The translations under genes were made by a program, and so were the position numbers. The notes below the pieces were generated by a model. The model was given only the letters and a program-made list of their open reading frames with translations, was not told where the DNA came from and did not search any database. Of a stretch of 64,000 bases of DNA, positions 1 through 10,270 are shown in pieces; the first letter of the stretch is position 1; each line of letters begins with the position of its first letter. This stretch comes from a virus. Location of the stretch: the IMG/VR virus record IMGVR_UViG_3300030041_000010; one strand, 5' to 3'.

Positions 1-1
1 T

Positions 2-2524
2 GGGAATACCATTTACTACAGGGTATTCAAGGGAGTCACTTCCCATGTGTCACACACTGACAATGGTATGTTCTTGGAAATTTCAATTCAATGCTTGGGG
101 GTTCTGCACCTACTGGAACACATGTATGTTGACCTCAATCCTTCTTTGATGTCTAACTCGGAACGTCCAGTCACACCGATGACAAGCAACCAATCTCACA
201 TGAACCCATATGAGATGCTTGCCGCAGAATTCCAGCAAGATATTTCATTCGAAGGGTTTGAATTGAACTCTATCCAGCAGGGTATTACGACCGGGGGGAG
301 TGATTGGAAGGACGCAGTTCAAGCAGGATTCTGCAACAAGTGGCAACCTATTTTGGTTAACATTCGAAAGGAAGTTCACATCACTGGGTACAGCATGGGG
401 TCTGTTTTGCCAGCGGCTACAACTACAATCACTAACACACCATCCGACGCGCAGGGATCAAACGATCCTCGGATGCAAGCTGCAAGGATACTCCAAAATT
501 CAATTCTGGCTCAAAATGCGCCTAACCCGGATTACTATGTGGACGTGATTAGAAGGTACCACCCCGACATGTCCATTGGCTCCATTCAACTAGTCAATGG
601 TCGTATTGTGTCCAGATTGGAAAGGATACGAACCATTGTGCAGTTGATTGGGTTTGAGGGATTTCAAGACCTCGATGGCACCATTATTTTCAAACCACCG
701 CTATACAACTTGGACGTGACAAATATTGGTACATCCACCACACCCACCACTAGTGGTAGCAGCACCACACCAACATCAGCTAACCTGACGGATGCGAACA
801 ACCCATTCATCATTCATTTGAGTGAGATTGAGTCGGAATCAGAGGCTGAGGATCAGCAAGCCATCAAGGCCACTCGTATGACAGTTCAACCATCGGTTCA
901 ATCCAGTCAGAAATTCATATCTGATTCGACAACGGCTGTTTGGCGTCCTACATCCACTCATATCGACATCCCTAAGATGGCTAAGTTTGGCCTTCGCGAG
1001 GAGCCAGCACGTACCGTTGGTTGGTTGAGTCTAAATGATAAAGTTGCTGCGTACGCTTACGCTGTAAGTGAATTGAATCGTGCTAATCGTGGATGGAGAA
1101 CTTACAATTTAACAATCCCTCTCCGCCCGGAATTGAAACTTGGTTTTCCAGTGTACCTGCCTCATAAAGATATGTATGGATACATCAAGACCATCAGCAT
1201 TTCTTACTCCTATGGGGGCGCGGCCACGATGACCCTAATGCTGGACACCCTACGTAAGCGCCCAGTGTTTCCTTCAGTGAAGACGAATGTTACCAATCAA
1301 CAGAACACAATATACACCAACCCACCTGTGGTTTATACCACCCAGCCAAACCTTGTTATGGAATGGACAGAAGCACCGAACAGCACCAGCACATCAACAG
1401 CGTCCACTGATCCTTTCACACCTTCCATGCCCACACTTCCATCGTCTAGTCCTGCGGTGACTGCCGATGGGCTTCCTTCAGCTAATTATGCTGTCAATCT
1501 TTTGAATGTTCCAGTCACTCAGCTACAACCTCAAGCTAAACCCATCTATGCGGAGGATATGGAGGTTGTCTCGGCACGTAGGTCACAGTATGGCACCTCA
1601 TGGGCGACTCGGGCGGACACTAGAACCAAGAGCTTTCGTGTACAGAATGATGTCTCTACCGCAGCGGATACTACCCTTGGAAAAAATGGAAATGGTCAGG
1701 CAGTCCAAACAGGGAACCCCTTCTTCTCTTCGGCCAACTGGCATGATCCACCCCCCTCTAACTCCGCCCCTTCAACAACCGGGTCATCCCCAAACACTAC
1801 GAGCGGCAGCACGTCGGGCACTACACCGTCATCGACCAACACCAATACCAGCAATGGTGGGGTGAACATGACATATTTACAGAAAATAATTTCTTGTCAG
1901 CCTTATACGGATGAGGGTGGATACGAACTTATCACCCCCTTTCCATGGGGGCGTTGGAAGAGCCTTAAAGAGGCTTTGTATGAGACGCATTACGGGTTAC
2001 TGACAACCAATGCAACCTCACAGGAAACTCAGCAGATAACTGGAACCAACGTGTTTCTATTTGCTGGTGTCAGCACCCCAAGCACTGACAGTTCATCGAG
2101 TTTGCAGAACCAATTAACTGCTCTCAACAACATATCGAATCAGGTGTCATCGTCGGTTTCTTTTGAAATCATCACCCCTAAACCGGGTCAGCAGCAACCC
2201 AATATTCTGTCGAATCAACAACCCGATAGTTTCCTTTTCTCAACGGTGGCTCAGAACACTGAGAATGCTACCAACACGTTTCTTATTGGGAACATCCCAC
2301 CTCAGCCGGGGAGTTCTCTTGCATTGGCTACAAATATTGCGGATAGTGATTCCACTAACACAGCAGATGGTAGTTCGACACCATCAGGGGTTGGTTCCAC
2401 ACCACAATCGACAAGAACCATACAGAACAACCCTAATGTAGTCGGCACAACAGCAACCAAGCCTACAACTCAAAATCAGGCGTTTATCAGTAAACTAATC
2501 AATTCGAACACAGCAACACAGTAA
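2..2524 (+). CDS. Putative baseplate hub / tail protein (5'-truncated by window edge)
   Basis: Frame is open from position 2. EGFQDLDGTIIFKPPLYN and RPELKLGFPVYLP motifs resemble large-phage hub proteins; S/T-rich linkers; first gene of the tail cluster. Confidence 0.6.
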   Translation, partial: GNTIYYRVFKGVTSHVSHTDNGMFLEISIQCLGVLHLLEHMYVDLNPSLMSNSERPVTPMTSNQSHMNPYEMLAAEFQQDISFEGFELNSIQQGITTGGSDWKDAVQAGFCNKWQPILVNIRKEVHITGYSMGSVLPAATTTITNTPSDAQGSNDPRMQAARILQNSILAQNAPNPDYYVDVIRRYHPDMSIGSIQLVNGRIVSRLERIRTIVQLIGFEGFQDLDGTIIFKPPLYNLDVTNIGTSTTPTTSGSSTTPTSANLTDANNPFIIHLSEIESESEAEDQQAIKATRMTVQPSVQSSQKFISDSTTAVWRPTSTHIDIPKMAKFGLREEPARTVGWLSLNDKVAAYAYAVSELNRANRGWRTYNLTIPLRPELKLGFPVYLPHKDMYGYIKTISISYSYGGAATMTLMLDTLRKRPVFPSVKTNVTNQQNTIYTNPPVVYTTQPNLVMEWTEAPNSTSTSTASTDPFTPSMPTLPSSSPAVTADGLPSANYAVNLLNVPVTQLQPQAKPIYAEDMEVVSARRSQYGTSWATRADTRTKSFRVQNDVSTAADTTLGKNGNGQAVQTGNPFFSSANWHDPPPSNSAPSTTGSSPNTTSGSTSGTTPSSTNTNTSNGGVNMTYLQKIISCQPYTDEGGYELITPFPWGRWKSLKEALYETHYGLLTTNATSQETQQITGTNVFLFAGVSTPSTDSSSSLQNQLTALNNISNQVSSSVSFEIITPKPGQQQPNILSNQQPDSFLFSTVAQNTENATNTFLIGNIPPQPGSSLALATNIADSDSTNTADGSSTPSGVGSTPQSTRTIQNNPNVVGTTATKPTTQNQAFISKLINSNTATQ

Positions 2525-2533
2525 TAGGTATAT

Positions 2534-4840
2534 ATGGCGCAACTGGTTAACAACAACTCCGAGTATTACCGCGACCCGTTACACTCTCCGAGTGCTCCGA
2601 ACAACGCAGAAGAGGCATATCAAGCCTTTGCTGCCACTGTTCTGAGCGTGGACTGGGAGCGCGAAGTTGTTAGTCTAGTGGATTTAAGAACCAACTCGGT
2701 TCTAGTGGACGTAAACATCCTTCCTTGTGTTGCAAACTCGGGAGAGTCCACGGATGTAACCATGCCAGAAGAGGGCTCAACATACCTTTGCCTCCCAGTT
2801 CAGTACACCAAGGGATACATGCGGGTTGCACTCGTCACTCCAATCCTTACAGACACTGTACGCGCTAAGGATGCCATTGGTTATCGACTGCTGGATAAAA
2901 CCCCGGTGTACAACGTCCGTAAGAGGGGAAACTATCGGAAGGCATACCCCGGTCAGCAATCCGTATCTATGTCCTCAGGTTACACCGAAAAGAAGGACGG
3001 TGGTTGGGACAAGTCTTCACAGGATTTGAGCCGAGACTGGCTCAACATTCATCGTCGTCAATGGACGCAGATGACAGGACGACGAGTGACATACACAGAC
3101 TCAGGGTTGACCTTTCAAGGCTCTGTGAGCCGCCCTGACGCGGCGACAGTAACCCCGGTCACCCTCCCGGATGGTTCCAAGGAATCTGTCGTGTATCTCC
3201 AGCCCGGAGCCCAACCCAGCGACCGTGCGCTGAGTGGGAAGCAGGATGTAATACCCTTCACGGAAAACATGACCCGTGTGCAGGAATACGCTTTGGATTA
3301 CCCTCTACCTTCAGAGATACTCCAAACTGATTTACTGGATTTTGTTTTAGGCACGACGGCTGATCCATGGGCACGCACCTCCATTAAAACCACGGGTGGG
3401 ATTTCTTTTGATAGTGAATCCTACCTCGTCAGCCAAAGTTACGATCATCCGGTTTCCGGCACCCCCCTTGGGCCAACCCTTAATGAAGGAATCACCCCTC
3501 AACGTCGTGGGTTCATTGTTGAAAGCGCAACAGGCACCTTGGTGGGTTACAACCGCTTCGACAAAAGCACGTATGGTAATGTGCTCAAGCCGGTTCTCAC
3601 CCCCTACACCCAACTTGGACGTTTCGGTGCCGACGTTGAGTCAGGATATCTAACAGTTAATGCATCGACTGACCACGTGGAAGCTCGTCTCGCGGCTGCG
3701 GCTTTCGCTTTGAGATTCCCTTACGAACAGAATACCACCCGGTTCGATGTTACCAAGGAGGGCTTCACCTCCTTTGAAATCGGGGCTACGCTGCCCAAGG
3801 AGAACATCCCACTGGCTGGAGGATATGAGCACCCACATGGGGCTGGCCGGTCGCTGGAAGGGCATCTTGTGGGCTCCCTGAAGCTGATTGTAGGTAAGAA
3901 TCGAGATGAAGAAGACGCCATCGACCTTCAAGCTCTCGGTCAGACCATACTTCGCCTTGGAGCCGACGACACCTCGCTACCTAACCGGGGTCGAACTGTG
4001 ATGACTCAGACCCGCAGCAAAGGGGATGCGGTACAGAATAGGACACTTAATTATTGGTCGGCCCCTAAGTGTGGAATTGGAGATGCCGGAGTTTTGACCA
4101 ACAAGACAGGCATGGAGAACATTTCATTGCGTATGGGGTTGGACGGGGGACTCGTTGCTCGTGTGGGAGCCCGTGATCCTTCTGTGCTTCGTAAGCATTT
4201 GATAAATGGCTATCAGGACGGTCCGGGCAAGACCGCCTATCCGGCAACTAGTTCAAGCCGCATCGACTCACATTCACCCGGTCGTCCGGTATACGCCTCA
4301 GGAGATGCCACGTATCGGTTTAATGACCTTACACAGGTAGGCACTCCACAGATGCCAGAGATTGCAGGGTACTATGCGTGGAGTGGTAAACCTGTAACGA
4401 AGGCCGATGCAACTGGGCTTTCTGTGGACTTGCACGCGGTGCGAGATATTCTTTTGCGTGTCGGAGCCAACGCCGATGGTCAATCTCTATTGCTTGACTT
4501 TCTCGGAGGTATAGTAGCGGCTCTTGGAGCAGACACCTACGGTCGTTCCATTACAGCGGCTCTGGCCGGTGGTGCCGAGATAACCATTCAGCCCAACAAG
4601 CAGGGTAAGGCACTCCGTTTGGAAATTAACGGCGACATCGACATCACACATAAGGGGAACTTGCAGTATTTATGCACAGGGGATTTTATCACTGAATGCA
4701 CCACGTTGCGTCATATCACAAAGACTGATGAGGTCAGGTCGGCTCAAAAGATTATTCACTCAGCCTTGACGCGGTGTACGATTGAGGCCCCAGACATCGT
4801 TCACAATCAAGGACTCTATCAGTCAGACGAGGATAGCTAA
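2534..4840 (+). CDS. Putative baseplate central spike (gp5/Vgr-like) protein
   Basis: N-terminal OB-fold-like segment (ATVLSVDWEREVVSL..MPEEGS) and C-terminal beta-repeat-like region; follows the hub gene. Confidence 0.5.
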   Translation: MAQLVNNNSEYYRDPLHSPSAPNNAEEAYQAFAATVLSVDWEREVVSLVDLRTNSVLVDVNILPCVANSGESTDVTMPEEGSTYLCLPVQYTKGYMRVALVTPILTDTVRAKDAIGYRLLDKTPVYNVRKRGNYRKAYPGQQSVSMSSGYTEKKDGGWDKSSQDLSRDWLNIHRRQWTQMTGRRVTYTDSGLTFQGSVSRPDAATVTPVTLPDGSKESVVYLQPGAQPSDRALSGKQDVIPFTENMTRVQEYALDYPLPSEILQTDLLDFVLGTTADPWARTSIKTTGGISFDSESYLVSQSYDHPVSGTPLGPTLNEGITPQRRGFIVESATGTLVGYNRFDKSTYGNVLKPVLTPYTQLGRFGADVESGYLTVNASTDHVEARLAAAAFALRFPYEQNTTRFDVTKEGFTSFEIGATLPKENIPLAGGYEHPHGAGRSLEGHLVGSLKLIVGKNRDEEDAIDLQALGQTILRLGADDTSLPNRGRTVMTQTRSKGDAVQNRTLNYWSAPKCGIGDAGVLTNKTGMENISLRMGLDGGLVARVGARDPSVLRKHLINGYQDGPGKTAYPATSSSRIDSHSPGRPVYASGDATYRFNDLTQVGTPQMPEIAGYYAWSGKPVTKADATGLSVDLHAVRDILLRVGANADGQSLLLDFLGGIVAALGADTYGRSITAALAGGAEITIQPNKQGKALRLEINGDIDITHKGNLQYLCTGDFITECTTLRHITKTDEVRSAQKIIHSALTRCTIEAPDIVHNQGLYQSDEDS

Positions 4841-4998
4841 TGAATGTCTATTACGCAGTTGAATTCGATAGGGATATGGTATGCTTCATCGCGATGAGTC
4901 TTGATTACTCCGTGGTTATGGTTAAAACAGAGGAGTATATGAGTGGGAGTTGTTACGAATGGAGTTTGAATGAAAATACGAATCCATGTAGGGATTGA
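4840..4998 (+). CDS. Small hypothetical protein (52 aa)
   Basis: ATG overlaps the upstream TAA (TAATG); ORF fills the gap. Confidence 0.4.
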   Translation: MNVYYAVEFDRDMVCFIAMSLDYSVVMVKTEEYMSGSCYEWSLNENTNPCRD

Positions 4999-5018
4999 TT
5001 CTGTGCGGGAGCTAATGA

Positions 5019-8006
5019 ATGTCTAGTACAGGATTGCCACCGGGTTTGCAAGCTGCTGAACTCTGGCCGATTAAGGCCAAGGGCGCGGTGCAGCGTCTAA
5101 ACCCTCTTGGTGATCCGGCTGTCGAGCAGTTCTACCACCAAGCGATGGAGCAGGGACGTTTTGCTGAGAGAAGCATTGCTGACGCTCAGCACTGGCTTGC
5201 TCAAAAACAAAAAGACTTGATGCAAAAGATTCTCATTCACACCCGTGTGAACTCTCTCGCGGTGAATGGGCAATTGTCGAACCCGGCTAGGGCTATTAAA
5301 TACGTCGCCGACTCGGGCACAATCATCCGGGACATCAATCAGTTTCAGAATGAAATCACTGGTCTTATAATGGCGGTCACTCAGAACATCGCCATCCTTA
5401 AGGGTATTGAGTCCAGCATGTTGTCTTTGGTAACCCAAAACCTAAACTCACTCGCTAATATTCTTCAGCAGATATGCAATTGGCATCTACCCACATTGGC
5501 CTCTCTACCTAATTTGCTCAAGGACACTATCTGGCATTGGAACGGGGTGATCTTCGCGCCTCTATCTTCTTTTGAAACCCTTCTTAATACGATAGAGAGT
5601 TTGGGTAAGCTCAGCAACCTGACTTCCATTCCCTCACTGCTGTCCAATTTTAATTTCAGCCATTGCATCTTGTTAAGCCCAACACTCCCAAGTACAGGCA
5701 CGGGCGCGACCACCGGACTCACGAATCAACCCCCTCCTGCGAGTGTCACAACTTACAGTGGATTGAACCTTGGCACCACACTGATTGTGCCTCCACTAAG
5801 CGGCACAATTTCCACGGGGAATGAAACAGTGGCTCAGATGCAAGCACTGACTTCTGTCCCAGTGTATTTATCCCCAGTTGCATCGGCACCCGTGCCACCG
5901 GCTACATTTCCGAACCCATTCAATGTGAACAGTTCCATGCTTGGTTCGGTGCCTGACCCGACAACGATCATCTCTAATTATCAGATGCCGCCGACAACGT
6001 ATCAGGACAATATTGTTTGTGTAGTTCCACAAACTCGATCCGTTTCAACTCCCAACGATTTGCAAAAGGCGTTGGCTGAGTATATCAATTTGGGTACGAT
6101 TGTTAAATCCAACTTCGACCCTAACATGACAGCAGAGTGGTTGTTTTATTTGAATCTCAATCGTGTAGGGCGTGCTGGAACATGGTTGTCAAGCTTCCAG
6201 TCGGCTTACACAACGTTTGTGATCCCCTCTCTCAACTATTTGGCTAACAATCCTGTGCCTTGGAATTGTGTTCTACCAAGTACAGCGGTTAATGACACAC
6301 CAACTGCGATTCCTTTACTGGCAAACCTCACGACTAATCCGACATTTGTGCAAGGGAATATTCTCTGGATGTTGTCATATATTGAAGCCAGTCTACTGGG
6401 TTACACTCGCAACACAACGTGGGATGCCTACGCCAGTGGGGACTTTGTTTCGGGATTCACGGGTACTGATTTGGATTATCGGTCAACAGCGATTAACACA
6501 GCAACGACAACGACTGTAATTCTTGGAGAAACAACGGCCACCTACCCGGTACCTTGTACATTTCCTTCCGCCATGGGGGCTGTGTTGCAAGAAGTCATCG
6601 CGATTGCAGCTATCAACATTCAGAACACTCCCAGCTATACCACAAATCGACCTCAGTTCAAGTATGTTTACAACCAGTTTGCCGTTGCTGCTGAGGTTGA
6701 CCGCTTCTCACAGTTTTGGAGAACGTTCAATGCGAACCTACAAGCTCTGTTGCTTCAAGACTCTTATCTGATTCAGTTTGTTGCCACGTATTCAGCTTCT
6801 CTGGATTCAGCGATAGACCCACTGGGTGATCCAACAATCTACAATCAACTCCAGACTGATGCTGCCACACGTAATCGTAGTTGGACGCCGGGAGATGAGT
6901 TGCTTACACTCCCTGTGGTACCTAACGTGAGTTACACCACTACGAATAATCCAACAAACACTGGGTGGACGGGTGTTTCATTTGACCCAGTCACATATCT
7001 CAGCCGTCCGGATATTCAACAACTCCCAATTCCAGTGCAGGTTGCCATGCTCCGCACTAATTTGAGCTATGCGGCGACATTAGAAATGGCCTCGGCGGTA
7101 AGTACAGCGATTCAAAATTCGATTCAACAAAGCCAAGCCATTGTCCAGAGTTTTCAAAATGTCGGGTTCTCGGTGGAGGTTGATGCAGCCTCTGATGTGG
7201 TGCCGGTGGGTTCCTCAGGACTTCAGGTGTCCTTCGATCATATCAACTATGATATGAGTGGAAATGTTACGAGCCCTGATACTTTCACAATTCAGACAAC
7301 AGGTAATTACGCTGTTAACGTAACATTGAATTGGGGATCAGGGGTAGCTGGCGTTCGCACCGGCACTGTGTTTTTGAATGGGGCCACTGTGCTTGCTGCT
7401 TCCTCCACAGAGGGTACTCAAGCAGGTCCAACCTCTCTTCAAATATCCCTCACGTCGTATTTCAATCAAGGGGATGTCATGACAGTGGTGGCTACGCATA
7501 ACCTTGTTACATCTCAGACCATCGTTGCCGGAAGCGCCGTTACTGCTACGCTCACAGATACGACAGTTCCAAGCACAAGCACGGGTGTTCCGTCTAACAC
7601 GGGCACAAGCTCCACACGAACCTTTATAGCAGATGCCACGCTCGTCCCACTCACTGCCCTTGCAGTAGGCTCAGATGGTAAAGTAACAGCTATTGATCCC
7701 ACTACGGTTCAGACGAACGGTGGCGACCCTATCTATCCAATTGTCACTGGCGTCTCGTTGTCGTCAGCGACTACGGGGGAGAGTGTTACTGTGGCGACTT
7801 ATTACGGCGGTGTGTATGAGTACGACAGTGCCAGCTTCACAGTCGGCGGGTTGCTTTATGCGGGGGTGGGTGGTGTTCTCACGCAGGACTATGCTACCAT
7901 CATTTCAACTTGTCAATGGGTTGTGGTCGTAGGCCGTGCTATCGCATCGAACCAGTTCATCTACGAACCACACATTCCAAATTTGACTAACCTTGGGACT
8001 TTTTAA
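5019..8006 (+). CDS. Virion structural protein with C-terminal C1q-like beta domain
   Basis: 995-aa ORF; VSFDHINYD..TFTIQTTGNYAVNVTL resembles C1q-like folds; tail-module context. Confidence 0.55.
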   Translation: MSSTGLPPGLQAAELWPIKAKGAVQRLNPLGDPAVEQFYHQAMEQGRFAERSIADAQHWLAQKQKDLMQKILIHTRVNSLAVNGQLSNPARAIKYVADSGTIIRDINQFQNEITGLIMAVTQNIAILKGIESSMLSLVTQNLNSLANILQQICNWHLPTLASLPNLLKDTIWHWNGVIFAPLSSFETLLNTIESLGKLSNLTSIPSLLSNFNFSHCILLSPTLPSTGTGATTGLTNQPPPASVTTYSGLNLGTTLIVPPLSGTISTGNETVAQMQALTSVPVYLSPVASAPVPPATFPNPFNVNSSMLGSVPDPTTIISNYQMPPTTYQDNIVCVVPQTRSVSTPNDLQKALAEYINLGTIVKSNFDPNMTAEWLFYLNLNRVGRAGTWLSSFQSAYTTFVIPSLNYLANNPVPWNCVLPSTAVNDTPTAIPLLANLTTNPTFVQGNILWMLSYIEASLLGYTRNTTWDAYASGDFVSGFTGTDLDYRSTAINTATTTTVILGETTATYPVPCTFPSAMGAVLQEVIAIAAINIQNTPSYTTNRPQFKYVYNQFAVAAEVDRFSQFWRTFNANLQALLLQDSYLIQFVATYSASLDSAIDPLGDPTIYNQLQTDAATRNRSWTPGDELLTLPVVPNVSYTTTNNPTNTGWTGVSFDPVTYLSRPDIQQLPIPVQVAMLRTNLSYAATLEMASAVSTAIQNSIQQSQAIVQSFQNVGFSVEVDAASDVVPVGSSGLQVSFDHINYDMSGNVTSPDTFTIQTTGNYAVNVTLNWGSGVAGVRTGTVFLNGATVLAASSTEGTQAGPTSLQISLTSYFNQGDVMTVVATHNLVTSQTIVAGSAVTATLTDTTVPSTSTGVPSNTGTSSTRTFIADATLVPLTALAVGSDGKVTAIDPTTVQTNGGDPIYPIVTGVSLSSATTGESVTVATYYGGVYEYDSASFTVGGLLYAGVGGVLTQDYATIISTCQWVVVVGRAIASNQFIYEPHIPNLTNLGTF

Positions 8007-8032
8007 AGGTATTAAAGAGATAGTGAGGCACA

Positions 8033-8206
8033 ATGGCTGATGCTATTTTGGTCGGTGAAGTATTGGTTATTCCAACTACCAAGGTGTGTGAGTGTGGACG
8101 TAAGTGTATAGATTATGCTTCAAACTACTTAGACCCTTATGTAGTTTGTAGCGGGTGCTTAGAGGATATTTGCACTTGTTCTAAACTTCGACGGAGGAAA
8201 TCATGA
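8033..8206 (+). CDS. Small Cys-rich protein (57 aa)
   Basis: GAGG RBS; CECG, CSGC and CTC motifs; stop overlaps next ATG (ATGA). Confidence 0.55.
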   Translation: MADAILVGEVLVIPTTKVCECGRKCIDYASNYLDPYVVCSGCLEDICTCSKLRRRKS

Positions 8207-8409
8207 AAGTGTTAGTTTTGCAGGATGATTTGTTTACCTATCTTCAGCACGTTATACGTGCTTACGCCGGTAGCGGCATCGACCCAGATGAAGGTTTAGC
8301 CGTTTACCAACTTAGTCAGGCACTCAAAGTCGTTAAGACGGTGGACGACGCTCTCATTGCGAAGCCAGAGGCCCCGGAAAACGTAGATGGGGAAAAATCG
8401 AAGGGCTAG
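8203..8409 (+). CDS. Hypothetical protein
   Basis: GGAGG RBS; 68-aa ORF. Confidence 0.65.
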   Translation: MKVLVLQDDLFTYLQHVIRAYAGSGIDPDEGLAVYQLSQALKVVKTVDDALIAKPEAPENVDGEKSKG

Positions 8410-8412
8410 AGC
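8388..8412 (+). repeat. 25-bp exact direct repeat, copy 1 (TGGGGAAAAATCGAAGGGCTAGAGC)
   Basis: Identical to 9082-9106. Confidence 0.9.
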
Positions 8413-8414
8413 TT

Positions 8415-8747
8415 ATGCTATATAACGAGCAGTGGGATCAGGAAACTATTGACCGGATGATACCGGACTTGTCTGAACGGCTGCACTTAGTGACGATGGT
8501 TGTCCATGCGAGAGACTACCTACGCTCAAGCAGTGGAGTATATGCCGACCGCATGAACGCTATTGGAATCCTCGGCGACGGATTGAAAAACATGTTAGAG
8601 CGTGGGGCCACGGGACTCGAATGGTGGACACTCAGACATCGCCTGACCGGCAAAGAACTTCAATCAAACGATTGGTTGGACAAATATAAAACCAGTTGGA
8701 TCACCGCTCGTGAGGCCGAGGACAAGCGGAACAACAAGCAGCGTTAA
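8415..8747 (+). CDS. Hypothetical protein
   Basis: 110-aa ORF convergent with the endolysin. Confidence 0.6.
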   Translation: MLYNEQWDQETIDRMIPDLSERLHLVTMVVHARDYLRSSSGVYADRMNAIGILGDGLKNMLERGATGLEWWTLRHRLTGKELQSNDWLDKYKTSWITAREAEDKRNNKQR

Positions 8748-9517
8748 TCCAATAGCTGACTAAAGTTCACGGTCGCGCCGTGAACAATTCCAGTTCGACA
8801 CGCAATAGAACCACGCCGGGAGAAAGTATCCCATACGTATTGAGGGTTGGAGAGTAGACTGCGGCTGTATGCATAGTATAGTAGTTGTGTCGCCAGCGGA
8901 TCATTCTGCACAGCAAGCTCCCACATTCCTGCACACTTCAAGTCATGTTGTTGAGCATAATCCAAGGCATTGACGATGCTTGGCACCACGCCGGGGGCAA
9001 GAGGAGCCACTTTACTCATCCCTCCGCTCTGAGTTACAAGGTCAAAGAAGAACGATATGACACGGGTGTTACTCGCATTGTTGGGGAAAAATCGAAGGGC
9101 TAGAGCCTGAGCTTGATGTAGTATAGTGTTCGTCGCGTAGGCCACCTGAGCATCGATGGACGCTTGTTGCTTTAACATAGCTTGCCAACAAACTTTCGCT
9201 GCCGGGTCAACGTTGGTGGTACCGTCTTGAATATAATGTTGGATACACCACTGAATAGCTTCTGCTGGCTGCAAAGAGGCAAATTGTTTGATGTTGGATT
9301 TGAAGTAGGTTTGCATCTTCGGCCATGTCATGGTCGCGGCAATATCGGTGAGTAGGACTTGAAGTGTACCTGACCCAGCATTCCATTGCAGAATTCCGGC
9401 TGACATTCCCATGCCATCAGAGTTCCCAGCTAGTGTATCGTATGCGGGAATCCCATCCTCAAACGTTCCTGTGATTTTGACGCACAGTTCGACCAGACTT
9501 TTGTTATCCATAAACAA
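8744..9517 (-). CDS. Putative endolysin / lysozyme-fold peptidoglycan hydrolase
   Basis: ITGTFE..Y..LAGNSDGMGMSAGILQWN motif is typical of lysozyme-like phage hydrolases; FFDLVTQSG. Confidence 0.7.
   Translation of the reverse strand: MFMDNKSLVELCVKITGTFEDGIPAYDTLAGNSDGMGMSAGILQWNAGSGTLQVLLTDIAATMTWPKMQTYFKSNIKQFASLQPAEAIQWCIQHYIQDGTTNVDPAAKVCWQAMLKQQASIDAQVAYATNTILHQAQALALRFFPNNASNTRVISFFFDLVTQSGGMSKVAPLAPGVVPSIVNALDYAQQHDLKCAGMWELAVQNDPLATQLLYYAYSRSLLSNPQYVWDTFSRRGSIACRTGIVHGATVNFSQLLD
9082..9106 (+). repeat. 25-bp exact direct repeat, copy 2 (inside endolysin gene)
   Basis: Identical to 8388-8412. Confidence 0.9.
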
Positions 9518-9525
9518 TCCTCTAC

Positions 9526-9729
9526 TTAGCAGTTAGTAGAGGTCTTTTTGCGGGTCTTTATCCAGACTTGAATTCTTTCACGATGGGGTGGAACATGGGT
9601 GCTTCCCCAGCGGTTTCGGAGGTCTAAACACTCGTCTGTTTTCTCAACATGACACCGGGGACAGTTGGTGGTTTTTACCACCTCATCGTCTGTTGTCATG
9701 CTAATTCGCACTTCACTGTCAGTTTTCAC
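9526..9729 (-). CDS. Small zinc-finger-like protein
   Basis: CPRC..C..H..H-R-E-R pattern. Confidence 0.55.
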   Translation of the reverse strand: MKTDSEVRISMTTDDEVVKTTNCPRCHVEKTDECLDLRNRWGSTHVPPHRERIQVWIKTRKKTSTNC

Positions 9730-9910
9730 GTTTACGCACCAGCTTGACCGGCTCCTTCAGGAATACCTTGTACCAAGACATGTGGTCCCAGCCACCATTA
9801 TCATTGCGTTGCTTTACACTGACGGTAGTGTCACAGTCCCGGACAACCTCGGCTTCATCCTCGCAGAAATAAACAATGTCGCCCGGTTCAAATGTGGGGA
9901 GTTGTTCCAT
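9719..9910 (-). CDS. Small hypothetical protein (SH3-like, FEPGDIV)
   Basis: ATG at 9910 lies at the T-loop of a truncated tRNA-Lys. Confidence 0.5.
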   Translation of the reverse strand: MEQLPTFEPGDIVYFCEDEAEVVRDCDTTVSVKQRNDNGGWDHMSWYKVFLKEPVKLVRKREN

Positions 9911-9969
9911 TCGAACCTGCATCTCAACGCTTAAAAGGCGAGTCCTCTATCCGATTGAGTTACAGTCCC
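9909..9969 (-). pseudogene. Truncated tRNA-Lys(TTT) lacking the 3' T-stem and acceptor strand
   Basis: GGGACTG TA ACTC AATCGGATA GAGG A CTCGC CTTTTAA GCGTT GAGAT GCAGG TTCGAAT, then unrelated coding sequence. Confidence 0.75.
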
Positions 9970-9970
9970 G

Positions 9971-10047
9971 TGGTCCCCATCGTGGGATTCGAACCCACAC
10001 TGAGCGGATTTTAAGTCCGGTTCCTCTGCCAGTTGGGATACATGGGG
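9971..10047 (-). tRNA. tRNA-Leu(TAA), short variable arm
   Basis: CCCCATG..CCGGA CTTAAAA TCCGC..GTGGG TTCGAAT CCCAC GATGGGG A CCA. Confidence 0.85.
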
Positions 10048-10062
10048 ATAGCTTGTAATACC

Positions 10063-10221
10063 TTAATCCCACTCGGGGTCTAGTTCTTGAGACAAGCGAT
10101 GCAACACATAGTATGCTTGTATCTGCCCCTCTGCATACGCATCCGACCATCTATCTGATTGCCATGCTTCTAGTACATGCTTGGCAGCGTTCCAGACCAT
10201 ACGGCTAGCTAGTTGGTCCAT
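10063..10221 (-). CDS. Small hypothetical protein (52 aa)
   Basis: GGAGG RBS; MDQLASRMVWNAAK.. Confidence 0.55.
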   Translation of the reverse strand: MDQLASRMVWNAAKHVLEAWQSDRWSDAYAEGQIQAYYVLHRLSQELDPEWD

Positions 10222-10270
10222 AGTCTATGCCTCCATACCTACAATCTTCTCTCTAAGTTTATCAACAACT

